Virus record (IMG/VR): IMGVR_UViG_3300044681_000281
Coordinates: 1-64,000 of that record
DNA length: 64,000 nt
Direction: 5' to 3' (one strand)
From: a virus
The translations under genes were made by a program, and so were the position numbers. This document shows, one piece after another, positions 49,721 through 58,753 of this stretch. The notes under the pieces were generated by a model. The model made no database searches. It was not told the DNA's origin and worked only from the letters and a program-made list of their open reading frames with translations. Numbering within the stretch: the stretch's first letter is position 1; every line of letters starts with the position of its first letter.

Positions 49721-51910
49721 TTATAATCCACCTATCGCAATAAAGTGACCCGTAATTGTATGGTTACTATCGGGTAGTAAATAACCTTGGTTATTTGTTC
49801 CTGTAAGTGCTTCCGATGTTGTTCTAGTAACACCATCCACTACCGATCTTACTCTTGTGTCCTCATTCACACATCCTGCACCACCACCACCTTGTGAAAA
49901 TGATTTAACGTAAACAGTGTCTGATTGTGTGAATGTCACGCTTGATGTGTTCCATGATGCTGATGTCTGAGTCTGAGTTTTTGTCATTCTCGCAACTTCA
50001 GTACCATTCTTTTCTATATAGATATAACCTTTAGCACATTCTCCCCCCGTTGCATTTTGTAATGTGAGTGTGTAGGTTGGTGCGGGTGTTGCCGTTGGAA
50101 CCAGACTATTTTCCATTACGATAACAAAATTCGGATTAACACCTTGCTGTACTGTGTACGAATATGTTGCGTAGTTTTGTGTATCAAAATTTGTTGAACC
50201 CACACTCACCCCATTCAACTCTAACCTTGTACTTGGTGCGGTATATGTTTGTGTACATGGGAACGTCAGGTTAAACGGTCTATACTTAATTAAAATTTGA
50301 TCTCCGGGGTAAACCACCGCAACTCTAAGGTTACCATTACCTGTACTTCCTTGAGTTAGGTTCATCGTTGTACCGTCTTGTACACCATTATAATAAATTT
50401 CACTAACCGATGTTGTACAACTATTGGTGTGCTCATAACCGTAAATTAATGTAAATGGTTGTGGTGTTGACGTTGACGTTGGATTTGGAGTGGCGGCCGG
50501 TGTTGACGTTGGGTTAGGTGTCGGATCATTGGTTGGATTAGGGGTTGATGTGGGAACCGGAGTCGCCTGATTGGTGGGAACTGGTGTAGATGTCGGGTAT
50601 TCCGAATCAACCACAAGACCCATCTGCCAATATTTCTCCCCATCAATAATTAAAAATTTATCAGATGAACTTGCCTGAGTAACATAGGTTTTGGCACGAC
50701 TATTATTTGAAAAGGCAATGCCGTTAAGTGTACCATCCCACGCCCTTATGTTTAAAGCATCTGATACATTATCAATCCTATTACAAAGTGTCGCTGTTGG
50801 TATAAATGAATCAGAAACAGGATCATAAGTTGATCTACCACCATATAATAAACCGACAATAACCCACTCGCTTCCTCTATCGGTCTCTAACTCACACAAA
50901 ATTGCCGATCCCGAATCACCCGCATTCGATGGGTAGTAACACCAATCCCCTTGTTGGGTTGTAGAACCACTCGCCTGTAATTCGAACGTATCATCCATAT
51001 AAACACCAACCTGACTACCCTGTTTTTCATATTCAAGGTATGCTGAGGTGGAATATGCGGTACAAAAAAGTTTAGTATCTCCTTCTCCTTTAGCCCCCGT
51101 TGTTCTACCGGCACTATAATAAATCTGTTCAGGATTTTCAAATATGGCATCTAATTCCTCCGTTGTCGCAAATCTTGGAGCACTAGTCATTCCTGTAATA
51201 CCGAACTGATTCCACGAGACTGATATGTCTATAGTTTGTTGTTCTTCGGGATCAATAAATTCAAGGGAGATCGCAGCACAATCTACCTTATTAGATGCCG
51301 GTACATCTAACAAGGGTTGGTACTTTTTAACGATACCAATAGTATTAGATAAACCATAATCACCCACTTCATTAGGCTGTGTAACACTATGACCACTTGG
51401 AGTGAAGACGTTTGTCTTAACACCACTTAAATTTCTTTCTGTGGTAAAAAATGCGTCATCACATAACACGTGATTATTACTAATCGCAACCAAGGAATTC
51501 GTATCATTATCAACAGCAATAAAACCTAATGTACCAACGTAATTACCTAATGCAGTAAAATTCGTCACAGAGATCCCACCTATTAGGGGTCTATGTTTGG
51601 CTCTGTTTTCTGGTGGGGTACTCTGCCAATCATAGAAACTCGGATCACAGTACCCGAAGGCGAAAGGGGAGTTGGTCCCCTCTATAACGTCAGTACTAAA
51701 TGTCTCACCGTCAATTGTTATTTGAGATGGTATTCTCTCATTTTCAGGTATTTCAGACAATGGTTTCTTTCTAATGACAGTAAAAACAATTGTTCTCTCA
51801 TTAGTTGATTTTCCATTAATGGTCTTAAATCCATACCCAACCCCAACAATTTCATCGGAGGTTGACCTATTTAATTCCGCGGTTATTTCTTTTAATCTAT
51901 CGTTCGTCAT
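49721..51910 (-). CDS. Trypsin-like (S1, Nal1-type) serine protease with a Pro-Thr linker and C-terminal beta domains
   Basis: Pro-domain IVGVGYGFK...IVFTVIRKKP...TDV; RPLIGGIS; GTLG; SNNHVL (His); VDCAA (Asp); GRTTG; AGDSGSAI (Ser); VGLLYGG. Confidence 0.85.
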   Translation of the reverse strand: MTNDRLKEITAELNRSTSDEIVGVGYGFKTINGKSTNERTIVFTVIRKKPLSEIPENERIPSQITIDGETFSTDVIEGTNSPFAFGYCDPSFYDWQSTPPENRAKHRPLIGGISVTNFTALGNYVGTLGFIAVDNDTNSLVAISNNHVLCDDAFFTTERNLSGVKTNVFTPSGHSVTQPNEVGDYGLSNTIGIVKKYQPLLDVPASNKVDCAAISLEFIDPEEQQTIDISVSWNQFGITGMTSAPRFATTEELDAIFENPEQIYYSAGRTTGAKGEGDTKLFCTAYSTSAYLEYEKQGSQVGVYMDDTFELQASGSTTQQGDWCYYPSNAGDSGSAILCELETDRGSEWVIVGLLYGGRSTYDPVSDSFIPTATLCNRIDNVSDALNIRAWDGTLNGIAFSNNSRAKTYVTQASSSDKFLIIDGEKYWQMGLVVDSEYPTSTPVPTNQATPVPTSTPNPTNDPTPNPTSTPAATPNPTSTSTPQPFTLIYGYEHTNSCTTSVSEIYYNGVQDGTTMNLTQGSTGNGNLRVAVVYPGDQILIKYRPFNLTFPCTQTYTAPSTRLELNGVSVGSTNFDTQNYATYSYTVQQGVNPNFVIVMENSLVPTATPAPTYTLTLQNATGGECAKGYIYIEKNGTEVARMTKTQTQTSASWNTSSVTFTQSDTVYVKSFSQGGGGAGCVNEDTRVRSVVDGVTRTTSEALTGTNNQGYLLPDSNHTITGHFIAIGGL
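50515..50551. repeat. 37-bp exact direct repeat, copy 1 (copy 2 at 56982-57018)
   Basis: TAGGTGTCGGATCATTGGTTGGATTAGGGGTTGATGT, encoding TSTPNPTNDPTP on the minus strand. Confidence 0.9.
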
Positions 51911-51918
51911 TGTCTTTA

Positions 51919-54612
51919 TTAATTTGGTATATGAACAAATAATGTGTTAGCTGATCCACTTTGAGTTGATGTTGGTGTTGGTTGTGGTGTTGCCGTTGGG
52001 TTTGGTGTCGGGTTAGGCGTTGGATTTGGTGTGGATGATGGCGTTGGTTGTGGTGTTGCCGTTGGGTTTGGAGTTGCCGTAGGATTCTCCGTTGCTGTTG
52101 GATTAGGGGTCGGATCCGGAGTTGCCGTTGGGTTTGGAGTTGCCGTAGGATTCTCCGTTACTGTTGGTTCAGGTGTAGGATTTGGAGTTGCCGTTGGATT
52201 TGGTGTCGCAGTTGGATTCTCCGTTGCCGTTGGGTTTGGCGTTGGATTTGGTGTTGCGGTAGGATTAGGTGTAGCCGTCGGTAATTCTGTGGCAGTTGGT
52301 TGTGGTGTTGGATTTGGTGTGGCGGTAGGATTAGGTGTAGCGGTTGGTAACTCGGTTGCTGTTGGGTTAGGGGTTGGATTAGGGGTAGATGTTGGCACCG
52401 GTGTCGCTGTTGGATTCTCCGTCGCCGTTGGGTTAGGTGTTGCCTGAGGTGTAGATGTTGGATTAGGTGTCGCATCAGGTGTCGGTCCGGGAGTTGCCGT
52501 TGGGTCCGGTGTTGGGTTGGGGGTTGCCGATGGGTTAGGTGTTGCCGTCGGTAATTCAGTTGCCGTTGGGTTTGGGGTTGGCTCTACAGTTGCGGTAGGA
52601 TTAGGAGTACTTGTTGGGTTCTCCGTTGCCGTTGGGTTTGGTGTAGAATCCGGTGTTGCCGATGGATTAGGGGTTGGTGTTGGATTTTCAGTAGCGGTCG
52701 GTTGTGGGGTTGGTTCTGAAGTTGCCGTTGGGTTAGGTGTCGCAGTTGGTAACTCAGTGGCGGTTGGGTTAGGTGTTGCCTGCGGAGTTGCCGATGGGTT
52801 CGGGGTTGACGTTGGGTTTTCCGTGGCGGTTGGTACTGGTGTAGGTTGTTCAGTCGCCGTCGGATTAGGAGTTGCGGTAGGATTTTCTGTCGCAGTTGGA
52901 TTAGGTGTTTCTGTCGGTAATGGTGTTGAACCATCAGTCGGTACAGGTGTTGCCGTTGGATTTGCCGTTGGATTTGGTGTGTTTGTCGGTTCGGGTGAAG
53001 GTGGTGGTGTTGCTGGCAATGTTGAGGTTGCCGTAGGTTCGGGGGTTGGGTTTTGAGTGGCTCCAGGTGTTGATGTCGGATTAGGTGAAGGTGGTGGTGT
53101 CGGAGTCGCAGTTGACTCAGGGGTAGATGGAGGTGTGGCAGGTGGTGTTTGTGTCGGCAATTCAGTTGCGGTCGGTTCAGGTGTACTAGTTCCTGTTGGT
53201 TCGGGTGAAGGTGGTGGTGTTTGTGTTGGTAATTCAGTGGCGGTTGGGTTTGGAGTTGATGGTGGTGTTGCCGATGGATTAGGAGTTGGTTCCGCGGTTG
53301 GTTCTGGTGTAGATGATGGTGTTGGATTTGGTGTGGCCGATGGAGTTGCCGTTGGTAATTCAGTGGCAGTTGGTTCGGGTGAAGGTGGTGGTGTTGCTGT
53401 TGGGAATTGTGTTGCTGTTGGATCAGGTGTTGGATTTGGTGTCGCAGTAGGATTCGGAGTTGCCGTCGGTGGGTAACAACACTCAATTAAACCTGATAAA
53501 ATATTCTCGATCCTTTCATTAAATGATGCGGAGATAATTAAAAACGACGCAGTGAAGTCGTTAAAATCAGATCTTATTGATCCACTCTCAATCTCTAAAG
53601 AATCTAAACGACCTTCAATAGTTGTTAAAACCACTGGTGTCGCGGTTGGTTGTGGTGTTGGGTACGGAGGAATATCACCTAACGTTATCCATGAACCACT
53701 TTTATTATCTAATACTTCCCACCTACCATCATTAGATGATGTGTATGTATTAAAGTCAGTTCTAACACTAACACTCTCAGTTTCTAAAGAACTAACCCTT
53801 CCATTTAATGAAGATGTGGTTAACTCAATTGATTCAAATTTAGAATCTGCTGACGACGTGTGTTGGTTGAAATCGGAACGAATTGATCCTGTCTCCGATT
53901 CAATTGCACCAAATCTATTATTTGATTCCAACACGTATGTCGCAAATGCATTATCATTTTCGGTATCAACACTATTAATTAAATCTACAATTTCTTTAAA
54001 CGAATCTTTATCAGCATCTGATGAGAACAAAATGGCATCTATTCTACCCCTCTCAATCTCAATTTCAGAACTAAGAGAACCTGTAGTTATTTCTATAGAA
54101 TTAAGTCTACCATCAATCGTTTGTATGTCGGTCTCAATACTTGAGGTGGTAATTTCAATAGAATTTAATCTACCATTTACAACATCTAAATCCGTCTCAA
54201 TACTCGCGGTTGCGTTTTCTAATGCGTCTAATCTTCCATTCTGTTCTGTGTTAACATAATTGTTTGAGGAAGTATATGTGTTGAAATACTCTCTTAATTC
54301 TTGAACTTCGTAATCGGTAGCAAATCCATCGTCTAAAGATCCTGTAAATGATTCGATAGAATCAAGTCTTTCCTTAGCGGATGATGAGAAGACATTTAAC
54401 TCACTAATTGAAGATGTAGATGAGTTTAATGAAGACGTAAATGAGTTAAATGAGGAACTCAAAACAAATGCAGATGATAGATCATCCGAAATTTGACCCT
54501 TAATTGTGTCTAATGAAGTTCCATAGGTTTTCCCGTCCTGTGAGATAGGGATAATACCACTCCCACTTGGGGTTAAACTTGAACTTAGATCCGAAATTCT
54601 TCTAAATGCCAT
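51919..54612 (-). CDS. Fibre-like protein: N-terminal anchor, coiled coil, then about 500 aa of Pro-Thr repeats
   Basis: RISDL N-terminus, repeated RL.SIE..T.S[IL] heptads, DSFKEIVDLI, then PTATPN/PTATE repeats and a short C-terminal peptide. Confidence 0.75.
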   Translation of the reverse strand: MAFRRISDLSSSLTPSGSGIIPISQDGKTYGTSLDTIKGQISDDLSSAFVLSSSFNSFTSSLNSSTSSISELNVFSSSAKERLDSIESFTGSLDDGFATDYEVQELREYFNTYTSSNNYVNTEQNGRLDALENATASIETDLDVVNGRLNSIEITTSSIETDIQTIDGRLNSIEITTGSLSSEIEIERGRIDAILFSSDADKDSFKEIVDLINSVDTENDNAFATYVLESNNRFGAIESETGSIRSDFNQHTSSADSKFESIELTTSSLNGRVSSLETESVSVRTDFNTYTSSNDGRWEVLDNKSGSWITLGDIPPYPTPQPTATPVVLTTIEGRLDSLEIESGSIRSDFNDFTASFLIISASFNERIENILSGLIECCYPPTATPNPTATPNPTPDPTATQFPTATPPPSPEPTATELPTATPSATPNPTPSSTPEPTAEPTPNPSATPPSTPNPTATELPTQTPPPSPEPTGTSTPEPTATELPTQTPPATPPSTPESTATPTPPPSPNPTSTPGATQNPTPEPTATSTLPATPPPSPEPTNTPNPTANPTATPVPTDGSTPLPTETPNPTATENPTATPNPTATEQPTPVPTATENPTSTPNPSATPQATPNPTATELPTATPNPTATSEPTPQPTATENPTPTPNPSATPDSTPNPTATENPTSTPNPTATVEPTPNPTATELPTATPNPSATPNPTPDPTATPGPTPDATPNPTSTPQATPNPTATENPTATPVPTSTPNPTPNPTATELPTATPNPTATPNPTPQPTATELPTATPNPTATPNPTPNPTATENPTATPNPTATPNPTPEPTVTENPTATPNPTATPDPTPNPTATENPTATPNPTATPQPTPSSTPNPTPNPTPNPTATPQPTPTSTQSGSANTLFVHIPN
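51960..53472 (-). repeat. About 1.5-kb coding low-complexity repeat (PTATPN / PTATEN / PTATEL / PPPSPE units)
   Basis: Extremely GT-rich on the + strand; degenerate 12-18-bp units. Confidence 0.95.
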
Positions 54613-54625
54613 TCTTATAAATATT

Positions 54626-55648
54626 TTAATAAATTAGTACGTCACCTGTCTCGGTGTAAATAACATCTTTTTGTCCATCCGAATCTATATCACCCTCAAA
54701 AGTGATCGTATTGTCGTTATATGGGACAATATCTTTTTCTTCACACGGACTTGTACACTCGTTTATTAGGAAAAAAGGTTTGGTTGAAACCAAATAATGA
54801 TGTCTTACCTCCAATGCGTTAAGTGGAGATTCAATATATTTTATTCTTTTAAGGTTGAATTGTGTAATTCCTTCATGAATTCCACCCGAACCCGAAGCAC
54901 CACCACCCCACGATTGCACGAAGGGTTGGAAACCTCTTATCGAGGGAATAATTTCCTCCCAATTATCTTTTTTATAAATGGGCCATCCATTAAGATATAT
55001 TTTTAAAATACCTAAACGAGCATACCTCTCATCGTTCCAATCCTTATTAAGTTCTTCCGTATAACTCGTTTGTTCGGTCGCGCCTGATAGAACCACATCC
55101 ATAGGGTTTGTAATAGTATCACCTGTAATTAGATCATTCCAACCCCCCGCATTTTCTATCTCACATTCTGTATGTCTAAGGTGTCTATCAAACACTACCG
55201 TAATGTTAAAATCCTTTGTGGTTCCGTTAAAACATAAAACAGGTGTTCTTCCCGAATCAACATAAAAGGATTCTTGGTAAACCTCGTTTATACATTCACC
55301 TGAATATCTATAGGATTTCCATTCAATACGACCGTCAGGAGTGAAACCAAATGACAAGTTATTGTCTGCGTATAAGTTTGGGTCGTGTTCATCTCGAACA
55401 CCAAAAAAATAAAAGACACTACCTAATGTCCATGGGAGATTTTCCCTATTAAAAACAAAATCTAACGTCCACCCTTTTTCAGGTCTTCGTTTAATTAGGA
55501 AGTCGCAGTTATCTATACCACCGTGAGTATTAAATTGATAGGCCCATGGTCTCACATCTAAAGTGGGATCAATAGGACAACAATCACCCGATAAACTTGA
55601 CTGACATTCAATTAAATTGGTGGTAAAACCTGATATCTCCAATGACAT
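54626..55648 (-). CDS. Concanavalin A/LamG-like beta-sandwich virion protein
   Basis: GWTLDFVF, NITVVFDR, LKIYLNG, SWGGG, IKYIESPLNALEVRHHY follow the LamG-like strand order. Confidence 0.58.
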   Translation of the reverse strand: MSLEISGFTTNLIECQSSLSGDCCPIDPTLDVRPWAYQFNTHGGIDNCDFLIKRRPEKGWTLDFVFNRENLPWTLGSVFYFFGVRDEHDPNLYADNNLSFGFTPDGRIEWKSYRYSGECINEVYQESFYVDSGRTPVLCFNGTTKDFNITVVFDRHLRHTECEIENAGGWNDLITGDTITNPMDVVLSGATEQTSYTEELNKDWNDERYARLGILKIYLNGWPIYKKDNWEEIIPSIRGFQPFVQSWGGGASGSGGIHEGITQFNLKRIKYIESPLNALEVRHHYLVSTKPFFLINECTSPCEEKDIVPYNDNTITFEGDIDSDGQKDVIYTETGDVLIY

Positions 55649-55707
55649 TTTTACTTTTCTATATAAATAGTAAAAACATCAGTTATTTTTGGTCTGGCAG
55701 GTAATTT

Positions 55708-57483
55708 TTAGAACGTACCACTAAATTTATAAACTCTCCCCATTTCTAATCCGTACCCACTGGATTCTACTATAGTAAAATTCCTTATTGTACAAATTGA
55801 ACCATTATATGATGGTGCAGATGTTAATTGTATTTTAACACTGTTTCCTGTAGAGTCATATCCCGCACTTGGGTTGTAAGGGTTAGATGGCATCCCCACT
55901 AATTCGATTGTTGATGACGTTGTCAATGATTGCCATAAACCTTCCCCATCTATTACACCCGCATTATATGGTATTATCCCATAAACGTTTTCACTATTTG
56001 GTCCTAACACCATTTGACGATTAAATTGTAATTCGTAGATATCCTCCCATGCAGTTGACGTTCCAAAAGTGTTCGCGGGACCTTCAACACGGATGACCGA
56101 AAGATCGTAAGCATTATTGTTTACTTGATAGAATGGTATAATTGGTAATGTTACGGTTGGTGTTGGAGTAGGGGTTGGGGTCTCGGTACTTGTAGGTATT
56201 GGTGTGTTTGTTGGTGTAGGTGTACATTGAACGATAAAAGGTTCATATCTTACAACAACACCATTCACATCGGTTTCAATTATATATTCTGTGGAACCAA
56301 CTACCCATAAAAGTCCTTGGGGTGTCCCATAGTACTGATTTGTAACCCAAAATTGATTACTATCTTGACCATTTGGATTTGTAAACTGAGTACCCAAACC
56401 TAATGTGTTACCATAATAAGTTTGAGTTTGGTAATTGGCGGCAAGAGCACTACAAGTTGCATCACCTAATTCACTTGTTGTCATTCCACTAAAAGACAAC
56501 GATCCCATACCAAGACTATAGACATACGCCAATGTAATTGAATTTATAACTTCAGTGGCCGTAGGTGAAGGTGTCTCAGTAGGTGTGGGTAAAGAACTAC
56601 AATCAACGATTTCGGTCACCACACCATCAACGACTTTATATGCCGCGTTTAAGGATGGGTCTGAAATGTTGTAGTTAACAAAGTACGTACCTCCCCACCA
56701 TGTATTTGAATTTGCCTGTATAGTTAATCCGGAATTTAAATAAACTATGTCACCTACTTGAGGTGTTGGGTTATTAAAATAGACGGTGGTAGTGTTGGAT
56801 GCGAAACATGACACACCTAAACAATCCAACGCCTGACACGTTAAATAACTACTATTATAAATGGTTCCAATACCTCCCACACCCCAAACAAACATTGACG
56901 AGTAGGATGATGATGTTGCTGTCGGAGCGGGTGTTGATGTGGGTTCAGGTGTACCTGTAGGTGTTGGAGTTTCTGTTGGGGTAGGTGTCGGATCATTGGT
57001 TGGATTAGGGGTTGATGTTGGTTCTGAAGTTGACGTAGGTTCGGGGGTTGATGTTGGAGGTATAAGAGGGTATTCACATATTCTAAAATAATGAATTTCA
57101 TTTGTATAACCCGTATATGTAAAAACATCATTATTTAAAATGAAATCTTCATAATCATGTAAAATATTACCCTCCTCATCTCTTATATTGAAATGATTGG
57201 TAAACTCATCATAGTCAAAAATTTGTTCTAAACCATAGTATAAGTAATTAGGATCATTTGGTCGGTTATCGATTTCACATAATTTAATTAATGGTCGATC
57301 TGTTCTATCATTACGTAAATCATTTAATACACCCACAGGTAAAACCAATGGGTTACTAAAATCTAAAACTTTGGGGTCAAAATCATTATCAAACCCCGCA
57401 ATTTCATAGTCGTAAGTTTCGGAATTATCCAATTCCAAATCAAACCCTATCCTTAAATTCCTTAAAATGTCCTGACTATTCAT
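55708..57483 (-). CDS. Modular fibre/appendage protein with three Pro-Thr linkers separating small beta domains
   Basis: 591 aa. Pro-Thr linkers flank Cys-containing modules such as TTVYFNNPTPQVGDIVYLNSGLT...YKVVDGVVTEIVDC. Confidence 0.65.
   Translation of the reverse strand: MNSQDILRNLRIGFDLELDNSETYDYEIAGFDNDFDPKVLDFSNPLVLPVGVLNDLRNDRTDRPLIKLCEIDNRPNDPNYLYYGLEQIFDYDEFTNHFNIRDEEGNILHDYEDFILNNDVFTYTGYTNEIHYFRICEYPLIPPTSTPEPTSTSEPTSTPNPTNDPTPTPTETPTPTGTPEPTSTPAPTATSSSYSSMFVWGVGGIGTIYNSSYLTCQALDCLGVSCFASNTTTVYFNNPTPQVGDIVYLNSGLTIQANSNTWWGGTYFVNYNISDPSLNAAYKVVDGVVTEIVDCSSLPTPTETPSPTATEVINSITLAYVYSLGMGSLSFSGMTTSELGDATCSALAANYQTQTYYGNTLGLGTQFTNPNGQDSNQFWVTNQYYGTPQGLLWVVGSTEYIIETDVNGVVVRYEPFIVQCTPTPTNTPIPTSTETPTPTPTPTVTLPIIPFYQVNNNAYDLSVIRVEGPANTFGTSTAWEDIYELQFNRQMVLGPNSENVYGIIPYNAGVIDGEGLWQSLTTSSTIELVGMPSNPYNPSAGYDSTGNSVKIQLTSAPSYNGSICTIRNFTIVESSGYGLEMGRVYKFSGTF
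56982..57018. repeat. 37-bp exact direct repeat, copy 2
   Basis: Identical to 50515-50551. Confidence 0.9.
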
Positions 57484-57485
57484 AC

Positions 57486-57524
57486 TATTATAAATATCTT
57501 TCTTAACATTTGATATTTATAATA
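57486..57524. promoter_or_regulatory. Divergent pair of TATTTAT late-promoter-like motifs forming a 13-bp inverted repeat
   Basis: TATTATAAATATC-N13-GATATTTATAATA between the divergent ATGs at 57483 and 57537. Confidence 0.7.
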
Positions 57525-57536
57525 AAACTAGTTTCT

Positions 57537-58271
57537 ATGAATAATTTCGTAAAACAGGTCATTGAGGAGAAATTTGCGTCAAAAGCACAACAAAGATTCT
57601 TCTATGCGAAGGCCAATGAAAAGGGTTCAAGTAAGAAGGAAAAGAAGAAATGGTCTAAATGGGCTAAGGAGTTTTCTTCTGACACAGATTTCGATGAGAT
57701 TCCCGATAAAGTTGCGTCCGAAGAGAAAGAGGTAGATGAAATTGTCGATTCAAAGGGTAATATTAAAAGAGGTGAAAAACCAACAGACTTACCTAAGAAA
57801 GGAATAACATCAAAAAGTACCTCAGACAAGGCGGCAAAGACATTTGGTGGTTCAATGGGAACACATGGTGTTCACGGTACCCACACTTCTTTAAGATATT
57901 GGGCAGAATCTGACATGAGTAAATCATTAGGGTACGACGACACTTTAGGTGATGACGATTCATTTAAGGAGGCGTATCGTCACTTTACTAAAACTTTAGG
58001 ATTGACACATGATGATGCGATGGAAAGACTCGAATCTATGGGATATGACGAAAAGTTACCCGATGATAAAGTTAGATTGGTTGAAAATCCTAAGAAATTT
58101 ATGAGAGATTACGTTGAGACTGTACTTTCTAAGAAAACCACAGATTCAGAGTTAGTTAAATCGGGGGAAACTAAAGAAATTCCACCAATAATCATGAGAC
58201 AAATTAATTCTCTTAAAAATTCATTGGAGAATAATGGATTATCTCTAAATGATGTGAAAGACTTATTCTAA
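57537..58271 (+). CDS. Hypothetical late protein with a DUF3008-like N-terminal motif
   Basis: FASKAQQRFFYA...WAKEFSSDTDFDEIPDKV resembles the SKAQQ...EFAST...LPEKV motif. Start reassigned to the ATG at 57537. Confidence 0.55.
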   Translation: MNNFVKQVIEEKFASKAQQRFFYAKANEKGSSKKEKKKWSKWAKEFSSDTDFDEIPDKVASEEKEVDEIVDSKGNIKRGEKPTDLPKKGITSKSTSDKAAKTFGGSMGTHGVHGTHTSLRYWAESDMSKSLGYDDTLGDDDSFKEAYRHFTKTLGLTHDDAMERLESMGYDEKLPDDKVRLVENPKKFMRDYVETVLSKKTTDSELVKSGETKEIPPIIMRQINSLKNSLENNGLSLNDVKDLF

Positions 58272-58753
58272 TGAATGGTAGATTAAAAAATAGAGTTTTT
58301 CAGATTCCCCAAAACGTATGTGACTATGTACAAAAAGTCTTTTCGTCTTTGGAGGATAAATCTATTGATGGAACTCAAAGAGCAAAGAATTTACTAAAAA
58401 ATAAGAACGTCACATATGGTCAATTGAAGAGGATTCTTCACGATTTAGAATCAGGTACCCTCCCTCTTATTCAATACAACTTAGCGGGTGGGGATCTCAT
58501 GAAAGAATGGGGTAGGACCTTCTTAGATGGTGAAAGAGACTTAATTGAGAAAAATAAGAAATCACAACAAAGATCAAATAATATTGGTCAAATAGATAGA
58601 AAAAATGCATTCCTTAAAACTCACACAAAAAAATCAAACGATCATAGAATCGGTGGTAATATGTTAAAGTCTAATTCAGATAAAACATCAGTAACCCCAA
58701 TATCGTCTTTAGGTGTTTTTGAGGAAATAAAGAGAATCAAAGAATTATTATAA
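58271..58753 (+). CDS. Hypothetical basic protein
   Basis: GTQRAKNLL...VTYGQLKRI...YNLAGGDLMKEW; ends EEIKRIKELL; TAATG-coupled on both sides. Confidence 0.65.
   Translation: MNGRLKNRVFQIPQNVCDYVQKVFSSLEDKSIDGTQRAKNLLKNKNVTYGQLKRILHDLESGTLPLIQYNLAGGDLMKEWGRTFLDGERDLIEKNKKSQQRSNNIGQIDRKNAFLKTHTKKSNDHRIGGNMLKSNSDKTSVTPISSLGVFEEIKRIKELL

Noticed and set aside
52031-54259. Gly/Val-rich + strand ORFs and Gln/His/Leu-rich alternative-frame ORFs
   Set aside because: They are shadows of the Pro-Thr repeat and coiled-coil gene, whose biased codons leave other frames free of stops. They have no independent expression signals.
49721-57483. Diversity-generating retroelement or invertase shufflon acting on the fibre genes
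   Set aside because: I found no reverse transcriptase, no adenine-specific TR/VR pair, and no recombinase or inverted crossover sites in this window.
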